NCBI GenBank assembly: GCA_038205015.1
Contig: JBBRCK010000001.1
Span: 51,862 to 115,861 of the forward strand
Reading direction: 5' to 3'
DNA length: 64,000 nt
Source of the DNA: Candidatus Levyibacteriota bacterium
Lineage (GTDB): Bacteria; Patescibacteriota; Microgenomatia; Levybacterales; UBA12049
Part shown: positions 7,909-17,556 of the stretch, one piece after another
Numbering within the stretch: the stretch's first letter is position 1
Layout of the letters: every line of letters starts with the position of its first letter
Position numbers and translations under genes: made by a program
The notes under the pieces: model-generated
What the model was told of the DNA's origin: nothing
The model's input: the letters and a program-made list of their open reading frames with translations, nothing else
Database searches by the model: none

Positions 7909-10397
7909 GCTTGTATTGCTTCTTCTGCTTGCTGGTTGTGACCAAATAATTTTAGAATCAGCTTCATATCGTCGAGTGCTTTTTGATTATAGTCTTTATT
8001 TATAACTTTTCCGCTCTTGTCAATTGCTGCCTGTCTATAAAATATTCCTAAAGCATAATAGGCATTGTAGTAGTCATTTTTAATCTTAACCGTGTTTTCA
8101 AGAGTACTAATTGCCATTGGTATGTTTCCGGTTTGACCGTATAAAACACCTAAATTGTAAGAAACATCGGCGTCGGTTGGGGCAAGTTCTTGAGATTTTT
8201 TAATTGCTCCTAAAGCTTGGGGAAGGTAGTTTGGGTCAATTTGTCCAAGAGTATAGAAGATTCTGGTTTTTGTTTTCCAGAAGACAATATTATTAGGACT
8301 GTCGGTAGTGACCTGAGTCGTAAGATTAATAGAGTTGTCGATTAGCTGTTTGGCTATTTGGATGTTTTGTTGCTGTTGTTCTTTGGGAAGTTTTGAAATT
8401 TGATTAGCAATTGTTGCACCTAAAACAGCATTGTTATAAGCAAATTCATCTTTAAAAACCGGTTCGTCAGGCCTTTGTTCGATAGCCTTTTTTAAGTAAA
8501 CGTATGCTTTTTGATAATCTTGGGTCCTATCGTAATTATATCCAAAATAATAATTTCTGTCCGCGTTCCAAAAGCTGGAAAGGGTATAAATAAAGTAAAA
8601 AATAAGCAACGAACCAACCACAATCAGGGTTTTTTGAAGGATGTTAGTGGTATAAATTTCGTGTTTAGAAAAAGAGATAGAGTACTCTTTTTCGGGGTTA
8701 ATTAATCCTGCCAAGACAAAGACAAACGCCGGAATTGTAAAGAAAAATACATTTATAATTACAACCGAAAATCCGAAGAAATTGGATATCAGTATGCCAA
8801 AATAGCCACCAACAATAGAAATAATCAAAAAGTCTTTTTCCGCCAGATGTTTTCTTCTTTTATAAATATATTTGCCTGTGAAGAAAAGAAAACCGCCAAT
8901 CATAGAAAGATAGGTTGCGATTCCAAAAGTTCCGGTAGTTGCAAGGTAATTTAAAAACTCGTTGTGGGCTTTGTTATAGAGAAATTTCCACTCAGAGGTT
9001 AAATTATGAGCTGCTGGTCTGTATTTATAGTATGCGAAAGCATACGTTTCAACTCCTGAGCCAAAAATTGGGTTATTTTTCCAAATATTAATTGCTCCTC
9101 CCCAAACCAAAAGTCTGATGATACCTGAATCGGTTCCGCCAAGTTCTCCGGTTGGTAAAGTCCCTTTTTGTGCAGGAGTAGGTGTGGGTGTAATAGCCGT
9201 TTTTGTGTTTTTTGGTGTAACCACGGGTTGAGATTTTGTAAAGTAACGTGCCTGAAGTCCTTGATAAGTAAATTTATTTAGTTGTCCGAAAGGTTGTCCT
9301 GCAAAAAAAGTAATAGTTGTAACAATTACTAAAAGAAAAATTATTATTTTAAAATCAATATTAAATTTTTTAGAAAGTAGCTCGTGTTTTAAGTGAAACC
9401 AAGCATAAAAAATTAAAACGATTGGAAAAACAATCCAAAAAGCTAAAATTGCCGATCTTGCTTGGGTATACAAAAGTGATAAATAGAATGCTGCAAAAAT
9501 TACTAAGAAACTAATCAAGTAAAATAGATTCAGATTTTTAAGTAAAGATATTTTTTTGTCAAAAAATGCCTTTCCTTTGGAGAAATTAATTCCTAAAGCG
9601 GCAATTACTGGTAGAATTACGATTAAATATGCCGCCATCCAGTCCGGTTGCCCCAGGGTTGAGAAAATTCTAACTTTTGGTTGAAAATCATTAGTCCAGC
9701 AGGATACGTCAAATGACCCTCTAAACAAAAGACAAGTTGGATCGTATCCAAAATGCGAAGGAAGTCCCCATAAAACAATTAGTGCGGCAGAAGAGAATAT
9801 AGCATAAAAAGCTTTGTTTAAATATCCTTTTGGCGCACCATACATAAACACTGCAAATGAGGCTAAGGCGCCAACCAAAGTAGCTACCATTTGATAAGGG
9901 AATCCTGCTGCTTCGGTGGTTTTAATACCGGAAGAAACTAGCGTACCGATAAAAAAGATTACAATGCCTGCTAAAAAAATGTAAACATTTTTAATCCCAA
10001 ACCCCACTTTTTCTTCTTTAGCATCTTTTAGATTTGAAAGGAAAGCATAGTATAAGAATACATAGGAAAATATCGACAAAAGGCCGCCATTAAACCTTGA
10101 GTAATATCCCCAAATTGAAACATGCATATCCATCGAGATAAAAGTTGAAATAATTTGAGATACCAAGAATAAGGCAATCGGAATATCAAGTGGAGTTTTT
10201 TGAATGGAAAACTTTTTTCTGATTACCATTTTTGTAAACCAGGCAAGAGCAATTATTAAGGTTAGAATATATGTAATCCAGAGTTTATTAAATTCAAAAA
10301 GTTCGGATGTATCGCTGGTTAGAGCCAGTGGAACAAGGAAAAAAACGAGGTAAAAGGAATATTCGATGACTTTATTACAAAAATTAAATAATTTCAT
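7896..10397 (-). CDS. O-antigen ligase/polymerase-like polytopic membrane protein with C-terminal TPR repeats
   Basis: 833 aa, >12 TM helices, Wzy_C-like segment (GGAINIWKNNPIFGSGVETYAFAY), C-terminal soluble TPR-like repeats. Confidence 0.6.
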   Translation of the reverse strand: MKLFNFCNKVIEYSFYLVFFLVPLALTSDTSELFEFNKLWITYILTLIIALAWFTKMVIRKKFSIQKTPLDIPIALFLVSQIISTFISMDMHVSIWGYYSRFNGGLLSIFSYVFLYYAFLSNLKDAKEEKVGFGIKNVYIFLAGIVIFFIGTLVSSGIKTTEAAGFPYQMVATLVGALASFAVFMYGAPKGYLNKAFYAIFSSAALIVLWGLPSHFGYDPTCLLFRGSFDVSCWTNDFQPKVRIFSTLGQPDWMAAYLIVILPVIAALGINFSKGKAFFDKKISLLKNLNLFYLISFLVIFAAFYLSLLYTQARSAILAFWIVFPIVLIFYAWFHLKHELLSKKFNIDFKIIIFLLVIVTTITFFAGQPFGQLNKFTYQGLQARYFTKSQPVVTPKNTKTAITPTPTPAQKGTLPTGELGGTDSGIIRLLVWGGAINIWKNNPIFGSGVETYAFAYYKYRPAAHNLTSEWKFLYNKAHNEFLNYLATTGTFGIATYLSMIGGFLFFTGKYIYKRRKHLAEKDFLIISIVGGYFGILISNFFGFSVVIINVFFFTIPAFVFVLAGLINPEKEYSISFSKHEIYTTNILQKTLIVVGSLLIFYFIYTLSSFWNADRNYYFGYNYDRTQDYQKAYVYLKKAIEQRPDEPVFKDEFAYNNAVLGATIANQISKLPKEQQQQNIQIAKQLIDNSINLTTQVTTDSPNNIVFWKTKTRIFYTLGQIDPNYLPQALGAIKKSQELAPTDADVSYNLGVLYGQTGNIPMAISTLENTVKIKNDYYNAYYALGIFYRQAAIDKSGKVINKDYNQKALDDMKLILKLFGHNQQAEEAIQAWSK

Positions 10398-10486
10398 TGA
10401 GCTTTAAGTTTACAAATAATCCTAACATATTGGAAAAACTTCGGCAAGATGTTATTATGATAGAGAATTTTTCAGTTCATTTTTTT

Positions 10487-11587
10487 ATGTTTAATAAGTT
10501 ATTCAGTTTTTTTTCTTACGATATTGGAATCGATTTAGGTACCGCTAATACTTTGGTTTTTGTTAAGGGAAAGGGGGTTGTGATAAGAGAGCCTTCGGTT
10601 GTAGCAATGCATAAGAAAACAAAAAAGGTAATCGCGATTGGTTCGGAAGCTAAGAAAATGATTGGTAAGACTCCGGCTACTATTATAACCGTAAGACCTC
10701 TTCGGGGCGGAGTAATTTCGGATTTTGACGCAACTCTGGCAATGATTTCCCATTACATTCAGGAAGTTCACGAAGTGGGAAGTGCCTTGCCAAAAGCTTT
10801 TTCAAGACCAAGAGTAGTAATCGGAATTCCGTCCGCGGTTACCGAGGTTGAAAGAAGAGCTGTTTGGGAAGCAGCTCTAAATGCCGGAGCAAGAGAAGCA
10901 TTTTTAATCGAAGAACCAATGGCAGCAGCGATTGGAGAGAATATTTCGGTTTTTGCTCCAACCGGAGTAATGGTAGTAGATGTTGGAGGAGGAACAACGG
11001 AAATTGCAGTAATTTCTTTGGGGGGAATTGTTGTTTCGAAATCTTTAAGAGTTGCAGGAGACGATATGGATAACGCAATTATTCATTATATAAGGTTAAG
11101 GCACGGGCTTTTAATTGGAGATAAAACCGCTGAGGATTTAAAGATAAAAATCGGAAGCGCATATCAAGCTCAAAACACAAAAGTAAAAGTACAAAAACCG
11201 GATGAAGGAGAGAAAAATGAACATGGTGAGAAAATGGCTGTGATAAGGGGAAGAGATATTGAAACAGGACTCCCTAAAAGTCTAAAAATTACAGAAATTG
11301 AAGTCAGAGAGGCACTTTCTCCTATTTTAACTCAAATAATAGATGTAGTTGCGGACGTTTTGGAGGATTCTCCGCCGGAATTAACTTCGGATATTTTAGA
11401 GCATGGAGTTTTATTAACCGGTGGTGGCTCGCTTTTGCCGGGTTTTGATCATTTAATTGTTGAAAGAATTCATATTCCGGTTCTACGAAGTGAAGATCCA
11501 CTGACATCGGTTGTAAGAGGAACAGGAAAAGTTTTGGAAGATGATACTCTTTTGCAAAGAGTTAAAGTAATTGGCGGCCTCAAGTAG
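10487..11587 (+). CDS. mreB: Rod shape-determining protein MreB (actin homologue)
   Basis: DIGIDLGTANTLV start motif and full actin fold motifs; ORF track opens at 10397 but the internal ATG at 10487 gives a canonical N-terminus. Confidence 0.85.
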   Translation: MFNKLFSFFSYDIGIDLGTANTLVFVKGKGVVIREPSVVAMHKKTKKVIAIGSEAKKMIGKTPATIITVRPLRGGVISDFDATLAMISHYIQEVHEVGSALPKAFSRPRVVIGIPSAVTEVERRAVWEAALNAGAREAFLIEEPMAAAIGENISVFAPTGVMVVDVGGGTTEIAVISLGGIVVSKSLRVAGDDMDNAIIHYIRLRHGLLIGDKTAEDLKIKIGSAYQAQNTKVKVQKPDEGEKNEHGEKMAVIRGRDIETGLPKSLKITEIEVREALSPILTQIIDVVADVLEDSPPELTSDILEHGVLLTGGGSLLPGFDHLIVERIHIPVLRSEDPLTSVVRGTGKVLEDDTLLQRVKVIGGLK

Positions 11588-11599
11588 ACAAAAATGATT

Positions 11600-12076
11600 T
11601 TATGTCAGCATTATAGCGTTAAATACTTCTATCAGTTTTCCATATTCACTTCTTGGAAATATAAGCGTAGGAGGATAATCTTTTTTTATTAAATGATACA
11701 CATCGCTCATTTCTTCAACAATAGCACTTGTCGCATTTTGATTATAAGTTCTTTGTTGTGGTGAAACATACTCGCGAGTGCCCCTAAAAGTAAATTGTGG
11801 TTCTTTTGCAGTAAATACAACAGCCTCATCTCGAATTACTGGAATTGGATTAGGAAAACCACTAAATTCCATAACCACCCCCGGAGCATATAACTTCAAC
11901 TGTTGATCTCTTTGTTCTCTAATAATCGATGCTAGCTCAAATCTTGCTCTCATCCAATCTCTAGTTCCAACAATATCTGTATGCACAGCGAAGTTATAAA
12001 GTAGTCTTCCTGCGACATGTTCCATTTCGTCTACGTTGTATTTAACAACCTCTAGTTCGACGTTTCTAGCTGCCAT
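11600..12076 (-). CDS. Hypothetical protein
   Basis: 158-aa ORF; Arg/Val/Glu-rich composition unlike neighbouring Lys/Ile-rich proteins. Confidence 0.4.
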   Translation of the reverse strand: MAARNVELEVVKYNVDEMEHVAGRLLYNFAVHTDIVGTRDWMRARFELASIIREQRDQQLKLYAPGVVMEFSGFPNPIPVIRDEAVVFTAKEPQFTFRGTREYVSPQQRTYNQNATSAIVEEMSDVYHLIKKDYPPTLIFPRSEYGKLIEVFNAIMLT

Positions 12077-12152
12077 TAATGCATTATAAGAATTTATGTA
12101 AGAATTACAAGGATTATTATTAAATTAAGTTTATATTTCAGTAGTGGACAAA

Positions 12153-12470
12153 TTAAATTTCTCGAACTGTAGTCGGTTGAGTTTGAGTATCGGAGACACT
12201 GTGAGCAGTCCTTTCATTAAAAACTTCAATGACGCTTCTTCCGCCACCGTCTCTTATTAAGGCTTCATCAAGTTTTGCTCTGGCGCTTTGCATAAAAGTT
12301 TCCCTTGCAACTTGATTTCGTTGTTCCGGAGTAGTCTGAGAGCCGAGTAATAGTACTGCTTCCATGCGTAAATCAGCTAATTCCCGTTCAGCTTTTGCTA
12401 TTGTTAATCTTTGTTGGGCAATTTCTTCTTGAACTTGTCCAATGCCACGTCGTTTAAAAGGAATTTCCAT
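12153..12470 (-). CDS. Hypothetical protein (predicted coiled-coil N-terminus)
   Basis: 105-aa ORF upstream of and co-directional with 11600..12076. Confidence 0.4.
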   Translation of the reverse strand: MEIPFKRRGIGQVQEEIAQQRLTIAKAERELADLRMEAVLLLGSQTTPEQRNQVARETFMQSARAKLDEALIRDGGGRSVIEVFNERTAHSVSDTQTQPTTVREI

Positions 12471-12575
12471 GTTTGGGATTATATCACAGGAAGTAAATAG
12501 TTTCTAATTTTTGTAGTAGATTATTTTCCTTCTTGTACAAAAGCTTTTTTTAAATATAATAAAAAAACGGAATTT

Positions 12576-13256
12576 ATGAAAAAAATAAATTTTAAATATC
12601 TTGATGTTATTACAGGTTTTTTTGTAGCAATTCTTTTAATTTCAGACATAGCTGACACAAAAGCAATAACAGTCGGATTCTTATCGTTTGGCGGTGGAAC
12701 ATTTTTATTTCCAATTGCCTACATTTTTGGTGATATTTTAACAGAGGTTTATGGTTTCAAAAGAGCAAGGAGAGTAATTTGGATTGGATTTGCATGTGAA
12801 TTGGTAATGGCTTTGATATTTTTCATAGTTAGCCTGGCACCTGCTTCTCCTGATTGGCCATATCAAAAAGATTTTATGCATATTTTAGGTTTAACTCCAA
12901 GAATCGCTGTGGGAAGTTTGATTGCTTATTTTTTCGGAGAATTTATAAATTCGGTAATTTTAGCAAAAATGAAAATTTATACTAAAGGAAAGTATTTATG
13001 GACCAGAACAATCGGCTCAACAATTGTTGGCGAATTGGTTGACACAACTATTTTTATGTTTGTAGCATTCTATGGTGTTTTCTCGTTATCTTTAATAATT
13101 TCTATAATTATTTCAGGATATTTTCTAAAAGTTATTATGGAAGTTATATTTACACCTGTTACGTATTGGGTAGTAAGTACTCTTAAAAGAAAAGAGCATG
13201 AAGATTATTATGATAAAAAAACTAAGTTTACTCCTTTTGAATTCAACGTAGAATAA
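12576..13256 (+). CDS. yhhQ: Queuosine-precursor transporter (YhhQ/DUF165 family)
   Basis: 6 TM; conserved FGDILTEVYGFKRARRVIW and TRTIGSTIVGELVDT segments of YhhQ family. Confidence 0.7.
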   Translation: MKKINFKYLDVITGFFVAILLISDIADTKAITVGFLSFGGGTFLFPIAYIFGDILTEVYGFKRARRVIWIGFACELVMALIFFIVSLAPASPDWPYQKDFMHILGLTPRIAVGSLIAYFFGEFINSVILAKMKIYTKGKYLWTRTIGSTIVGELVDTTIFMFVAFYGVFSLSLIISIIISGYFLKVIMEVIFTPVTYWVVSTLKRKEHEDYYDKKTKFTPFEFNVE

Positions 13257-13263
13257 AGATAGA

Positions 13264-13686
13264 TTATTTTCCAAAGCCAACCATAAAAGCACCGATTGCC
13301 ATCAATATGGCACCGACAATGATAGAAGCCGTTACTTTTTCTTTTAAAATAATAATTGCAAGAAAAACCGTAAAAATAAGACTTAATTTATCGATCGGTG
13401 CAACTTGGGATGCATTTCCCAATTGTAAGGCTCGGAAATAAAATAGCCAAGAAAGGCCCGTGGTAATACCTGAAAGTATTAAAAAGATTAAAGAGAATTG
13501 AGAAATCGAAGGTAATTGTTTGACTGTCCCTTGGTAAAAAACAATTCCCCAGGCAAAAATAATTATCACAACCGTTCTGATTGCAGTTGCCAGATTTGAG
13601 TCTACATGTTTAATGCCGATTTTAGCTAGAATTGCGGTTAAAGATGCAAAAAATGCGGAAAGTAAGGCGTAAATTAACCACGACAT
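13264..13686 (-). CDS. EamA/DMT-family small membrane transporter
   Basis: 140 aa, 4 TM, EamA-like pattern. Confidence 0.55.
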   Translation of the reverse strand: MSWLIYALLSAFFASLTAILAKIGIKHVDSNLATAIRTVVIIIFAWGIVFYQGTVKQLPSISQFSLIFLILSGITTGLSWLFYFRALQLGNASQVAPIDKLSLIFTVFLAIIILKEKVTASIIVGAILMAIGAFMVGFGK

Positions 13687-13713
13687 ACAATTATTATATC
13701 ACTGGGAAAATTA

Positions 13714-14112
13714 TTATCTATCTTTAAGTCTATAAACAAATTTTAATGCAAACCAGGTTTTATCAATTGCAATAACTTTTATGTCAACCAATCCGTTTTC
13801 AAGGCCAATTCCCATTACTTTATTTTCGTTTAAGTCTGTTTTGTTGCCCTTGCGCCAAGAAATCCATAAAGCTCCGTTTATTTTTATACTCTTTTTAAGA
13901 AGTGGAAACATTGTTTCCAAATCTTTTCTATTTTTAGGAAAGAAATGAATTAAATCAAGGTTTTTTACAAGCTCGGTATTAACAACAATATTTTCAGGGA
14001 TTATTCCCAAAAGTTTGTAATAGTTTTTTGGCTCATTAAAAATGGCAATATTAAAATTTTCTTTAATTCCAAGCTTGTCAAAAAGCGATTTATGAGGGTA
14101 AGTGTTTTCCAT
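13714..14112 (-). CDS. Hypothetical protein
   Basis: 132-aa ORF, host-like composition. Confidence 0.4.
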   Translation of the reverse strand: MENTYPHKSLFDKLGIKENFNIAIFNEPKNYYKLLGIIPENIVVNTELVKNLDLIHFFPKNRKDLETMFPLLKKSIKINGALWISWRKGNKTDLNENKVMGIGLENGLVDIKVIAIDKTWFALKFVYRLKDR

Positions 14113-14176
14113 TCCCGTATTTTACACCAAAATGAGTAGACTTGTATGATTTTTGCAAAAAGATTAAAATGTCCTC

Positions 14177-14974
14177 ATGCAAAAAAGAAACAATTTTACG
14201 CCATATTTTTTAATTTTTCTGGTTATTTCGGTATTAATTTTCATCTTCGCAAAAACTTCTTTTTTTAAGCCCGTCAATTCTTTTTTACAAAATATTTTCT
14301 CTCCTGTTCAATCGTTAAGTTATGGAATTTATTCAAGTACCGTAAATTTTACAACTTCCTCAAAGTCAAAAAAATTAGAAGATGAAAACACTGTGCTTAG
14401 AAAAATGTTGGTTGACCAAAATAAATTAGTTCAAGACAACAAAGCCTTAATGGATCAGTTTCAGGCCCAAAATCCAAAGTCTACTAATCTTGTTCCGGCA
14501 AATGTTATTAGCGCACCAAGTTTTATTCCCGGAGTTTCTATTCCGGAAACTTTGATTTTGGATAGGGGAGAAGCAGATGGGATAAGAGTTGGTGATGGAG
14601 TAGTTTATAAAGATAATCTAGTTGGGAAAGTCATAAAAACAACGCAGCATATTTCCAGCATTATGCTTATTACCAGTTCAAGTATTTCATTTACGGCAAA
14701 AACAATGTCTACGCAAGTTTTTGGAGTAATTAAGGGCCAGGGTGGCGGGGCGTTAATTTTAGATAACGTTTTGTTATCAGATTCCTTGCAAAAAGATGAT
14801 TTAATTTTAACAAAAGGAGATGTTAGCGAAAACGGGCAGGGCTTACCGCCTGATTTAATTGTTGGAAAAATTACCTCAATAAGTAAAAATCCAAGCGATA
14901 TATTTCAAAAAGCAGAAATTCAATCTAAAGTTGATTTTATAAAACTCAACAAGGTATTTATCGTTACCAATTAA
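14177..14974 (+). CDS. mreC: Rod shape-determining protein MreC
   Basis: N-terminal TM, coiled-coil, then MreC beta domain (VGKVIKTTQHISSIMLITS...GLPPDLIVGKITSI). Confidence 0.75.
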   Translation: MQKRNNFTPYFLIFLVISVLIFIFAKTSFFKPVNSFLQNIFSPVQSLSYGIYSSTVNFTTSSKSKKLEDENTVLRKMLVDQNKLVQDNKALMDQFQAQNPKSTNLVPANVISAPSFIPGVSIPETLILDRGEADGIRVGDGVVYKDNLVGKVIKTTQHISSIMLITSSSISFTAKTMSTQVFGVIKGQGGGALILDNVLLSDSLQKDDLILTKGDVSENGQGLPPDLIVGKITSISKNPSDIFQKAEIQSKVDFIKLNKVFIVTN

Positions 14975-14977
14975 TAA

Positions 14978-15406
14978 ATGAAATTTTTTCTTGTTCTTTT
15001 TTTAATCCTGGCTCTGATTTTAGAAATAAGTTTAACTACGATTCCCTTAGTCTTTATCGTTTTATTAGTTTTCACACTGGCATTTAAAAAAAATTATATG
15101 TTTGCAATAGCTTTTTTTGTTGGACTTTTTTTTGATATTTTATCTTTTAAGCCTTTAGGAGTTTCCAGCATTTTTTTTGTTGTATTTCTTTATTTAGTGT
15201 TAATTTATCAAAGCAAGTTTGAAATAGCTTCAAATAATTTTGTTTTTGCTTCTTCTTTTTTAGGATCTTTAGCATTTTTAATGCTTTCAGGTTACAATAA
15301 TTCTATAATTTTGCAGGTGTTTTTAGCTTCGGTTATTTCGCTTGTTTTATTTACATTTATAAAGCGTATTGACAAGAGTAATTTGCAAACTTCTAAAATA
15401 ATTTAA
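14978..15406 (+). CDS. mreD: Rod shape-determining protein MreD (putative)
   Basis: 142 aa, 4-5 TM, positioned between mreC and PBP2. Confidence 0.5.
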   Translation: MKFFLVLFLILALILEISLTTIPLVFIVLLVFTLAFKKNYMFAIAFFVGLFFDILSFKPLGVSSIFFVVFLYLVLIYQSKFEIASNNFVFASSFLGSLAFLMLSGYNNSIILQVFLASVISLVLFTFIKRIDKSNLQTSKII

Positions 15407-15409
15407 ATT

Positions 15410-17179
15410 ATGTTAAAAACAGGCGCTGCTTTTGGAGACTATATCTTAAAAGATTCCAGTAGAAGAAGAAATTATGATTATGAAGGAAAAAATAATTCCA
15501 GCAGAAATTTATTTGTGCCGATAGTCTTTGTAATAATTTTCTTTATTCTTTTTGTTAGACTTTTCTTCTTGCAAGTTATAAAAGGGTACTATTATAGATA
15601 TCTTTCGGATAGTAATAGAACTAAAACATTGTCAATACATGCGCCAAGAGGAATCATTTTTGATAGAAACAAAGTTCCCCTGGTATTTAATGCGCCAGGA
15701 TATAGAGAAAAAGTTAACGGTAAAACTCTGTTTTTAAGTCAAGATGAGGCTTTGAATTTAATTGCAGCAGGTAAAAAAGATTTAGAGGTTGATAGTCTTA
15801 GGGAATATCCTTACCGAGAAGTTTTCTCGCACGTTTTAGGATATATTGGAGAAATTTCCAAAGATGAATTATCGCAAAACACCTTTAGCGGATATGGCTC
15901 GGGTGATATTATCGGAAAATCTGGAATTGAAAAACAATACGAAAACGTGCTTAAGGGAATAGACGGGCGCCAGCTTTTTGAAATTGATGCGATGGGCAAG
16001 GAGATTAGGCAGCTTGGAAAACAAGATCCTATCTCTGGGCAAAATATTACTTTAACTTTGGATTCTAAATTGCAGCAGGCAGTTTATGAGGCAACAAAGG
16101 ACGTTAAAAAAGGAGCGGTAATTGTTTCAAGTCCAAAGGGCGAAATTTTAGCTCTTTTATCTAGGCCGGCATTTGACCCAAATTTATTTACACATGGTGA
16201 AAGCTATAAAGTATCAAGTTCGAGTTCGTATCTTACTTTGCAGGATATCTTGACGGATTCCCAAAGTCAGCCGCTTTTAGATAGGAGTATCGGAGGAGTT
16301 TATCCTCCCGGTTCAACATTTAAGCTTGTTGTTGCCGCCTCGGGACTGGAAAACAAAATAATAGATAATAATTGGTCAATAGAAGATACTGGAGTTTTAA
16401 CGCTGGGAGCATTTTCATTTTCCAACTGGTATTACACGGGTTATGGTGGAAAAGACGGAAGCGTTAATGTGGTTAAGGGGATTAAGCGCTCAAACGACAT
16501 ATTTTTTTACAAGCTGGCAGAAAAAGTTGGCGTTGATAAAGTTTCGGAAACTGCCAGTAAGTTTGGGTTAGGAAAGAAAATGGGTATAGATTTGGCAGGA
16601 GAGGCAACTGGAATCGTTCCTACACAAGAATGGAAGCTAAAAACAATTGATGAGCAGTGGTATTTAGGAGACACTTATCATTATGGAATTGGGCAGGGAT
16701 TTCTTTTAACAACCCCTTTGCAAGTTAATGGTTGGACACAAGTAATTGCCAATGGTGGTTTATTATACAAGCCATATTTATTAAAGGATTCAGGACCACA
16801 AGTCTTAGCATCAAACCTTATAAATAGTTACTCAACGGATTTAATAAAAGAGGGAATGATAGAAGCTTGCAGTCCCGGAGGTGTTGCCTGGCCGCTTTTT
16901 GATTTCAAAGTTAATAATCCAAAGCTCGTAGCTGATGGGAAAAACATTATTGACGTATCGTCTGCCTCTGCCGGCACAAAGCACGTGGTTATTGCTTGTA
17001 AAACCGGTACTGCCGAGCACGGAGGAGAAGATACAAAGCCTCACGCTTGGATTACACTTTTTGCTCCAGCCTTTAATCCGGAAATTGTCGTAACTGTTTT
17101 ATCGGAAGAAAGCGGAGAGGGAAGTAATATTGCAGCGCCAATTGCGAAGAAGATTTTAGAAAATTGGTTTAGTAGGTAA
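15410..17179 (+). CDS. mrdA: Penicillin-binding protein 2 (peptidoglycan D,D-transpeptidase)
   Basis: N-terminal TM, dimerisation domain, transpeptidase motifs STFK, SNW(Y), KTGTAE. Confidence 0.85.
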   Translation: MLKTGAAFGDYILKDSSRRRNYDYEGKNNSSRNLFVPIVFVIIFFILFVRLFFLQVIKGYYYRYLSDSNRTKTLSIHAPRGIIFDRNKVPLVFNAPGYREKVNGKTLFLSQDEALNLIAAGKKDLEVDSLREYPYREVFSHVLGYIGEISKDELSQNTFSGYGSGDIIGKSGIEKQYENVLKGIDGRQLFEIDAMGKEIRQLGKQDPISGQNITLTLDSKLQQAVYEATKDVKKGAVIVSSPKGEILALLSRPAFDPNLFTHGESYKVSSSSSYLTLQDILTDSQSQPLLDRSIGGVYPPGSTFKLVVAASGLENKIIDNNWSIEDTGVLTLGAFSFSNWYYTGYGGKDGSVNVVKGIKRSNDIFFYKLAEKVGVDKVSETASKFGLGKKMGIDLAGEATGIVPTQEWKLKTIDEQWYLGDTYHYGIGQGFLLTTPLQVNGWTQVIANGGLLYKPYLLKDSGPQVLASNLINSYSTDLIKEGMIEACSPGGVAWPLFDFKVNNPKLVADGKNIIDVSSASAGTKHVVIACKTGTAEHGGEDTKPHAWITLFAPAFNPEIVVTVLSEESGEGSNIAAPIAKKILENWFSR

Positions 17180-17522
17180 AATTTGAAATTTCATTTTGAT
17201 AATCATCTATCTGTTTAACTTGAGTTGAAATTCCCATAACTTTTTTTTCGAGTGCTTTTTTAATTGGAATTATTTGAGAAATTTCAAAAAATAATAAGAA
17301 CACTAAGATTAACAACGTAAGAATTGTATACTTAAACATAATGCTGGTATTTTAATACTAAAAGTAGCAATGTCAATATGGAAAGAGAGCAAAACCAAAT
17401 TTGGAATCTACAAAAGTTGGAACGTTACTTTCGATGATGGAAATTAAGGCAATTATTAAAAATTGAGGAATAGGAGTTTATTTGATTATTAGCTAGAAAA
17501 AATACTCTTAGGCCTTGACAAA

Positions 17523-17536
17523 GAAGTATATACTTC
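17523..17536. promoter_or_regulatory. Perfect 14-bp palindrome GAAGTATATACTTC inside a putative topA promoter spacer (-35 TTGACA 17515..17520; -10-like TAGAGT 17539..17544)
   Basis: read directly from the sequence. Confidence 0.3.
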
Positions 17537-17556
17537 TTTAGAGTAAAAAGAGTTTT

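Noticed and set aside
10397-10486. N-terminal 30-aa extension of MreB in the ORF track
   Set aside because: Canonical MreB N-terminus begins at the internal ATG 10487; the extension overlaps the divergent start region of the 7896..10397 gene
12471-12575. Possible preQ1 riboswitch upstream of the yhhQ queuosine-precursor transporter
   Set aside because: YhhQ genes are often preQ1-riboswitch controlled, but I could not find the preQ1-I hairpin plus A-rich tail/CUA consensus. Only an AT-rich palindrome (AAAAGCTTTT) is present. A cmsearch with Rfam preQ1-I/II/III would be decisive
17169-17339. 57-aa single-TM ORF on the minus strand in the mrdA-topA spacer
   Set aside because: Not in the ORF track (below cut-off), overlaps the mrdA stop, and has no supporting signals; possibly a small membrane protein, but evidence is insufficient
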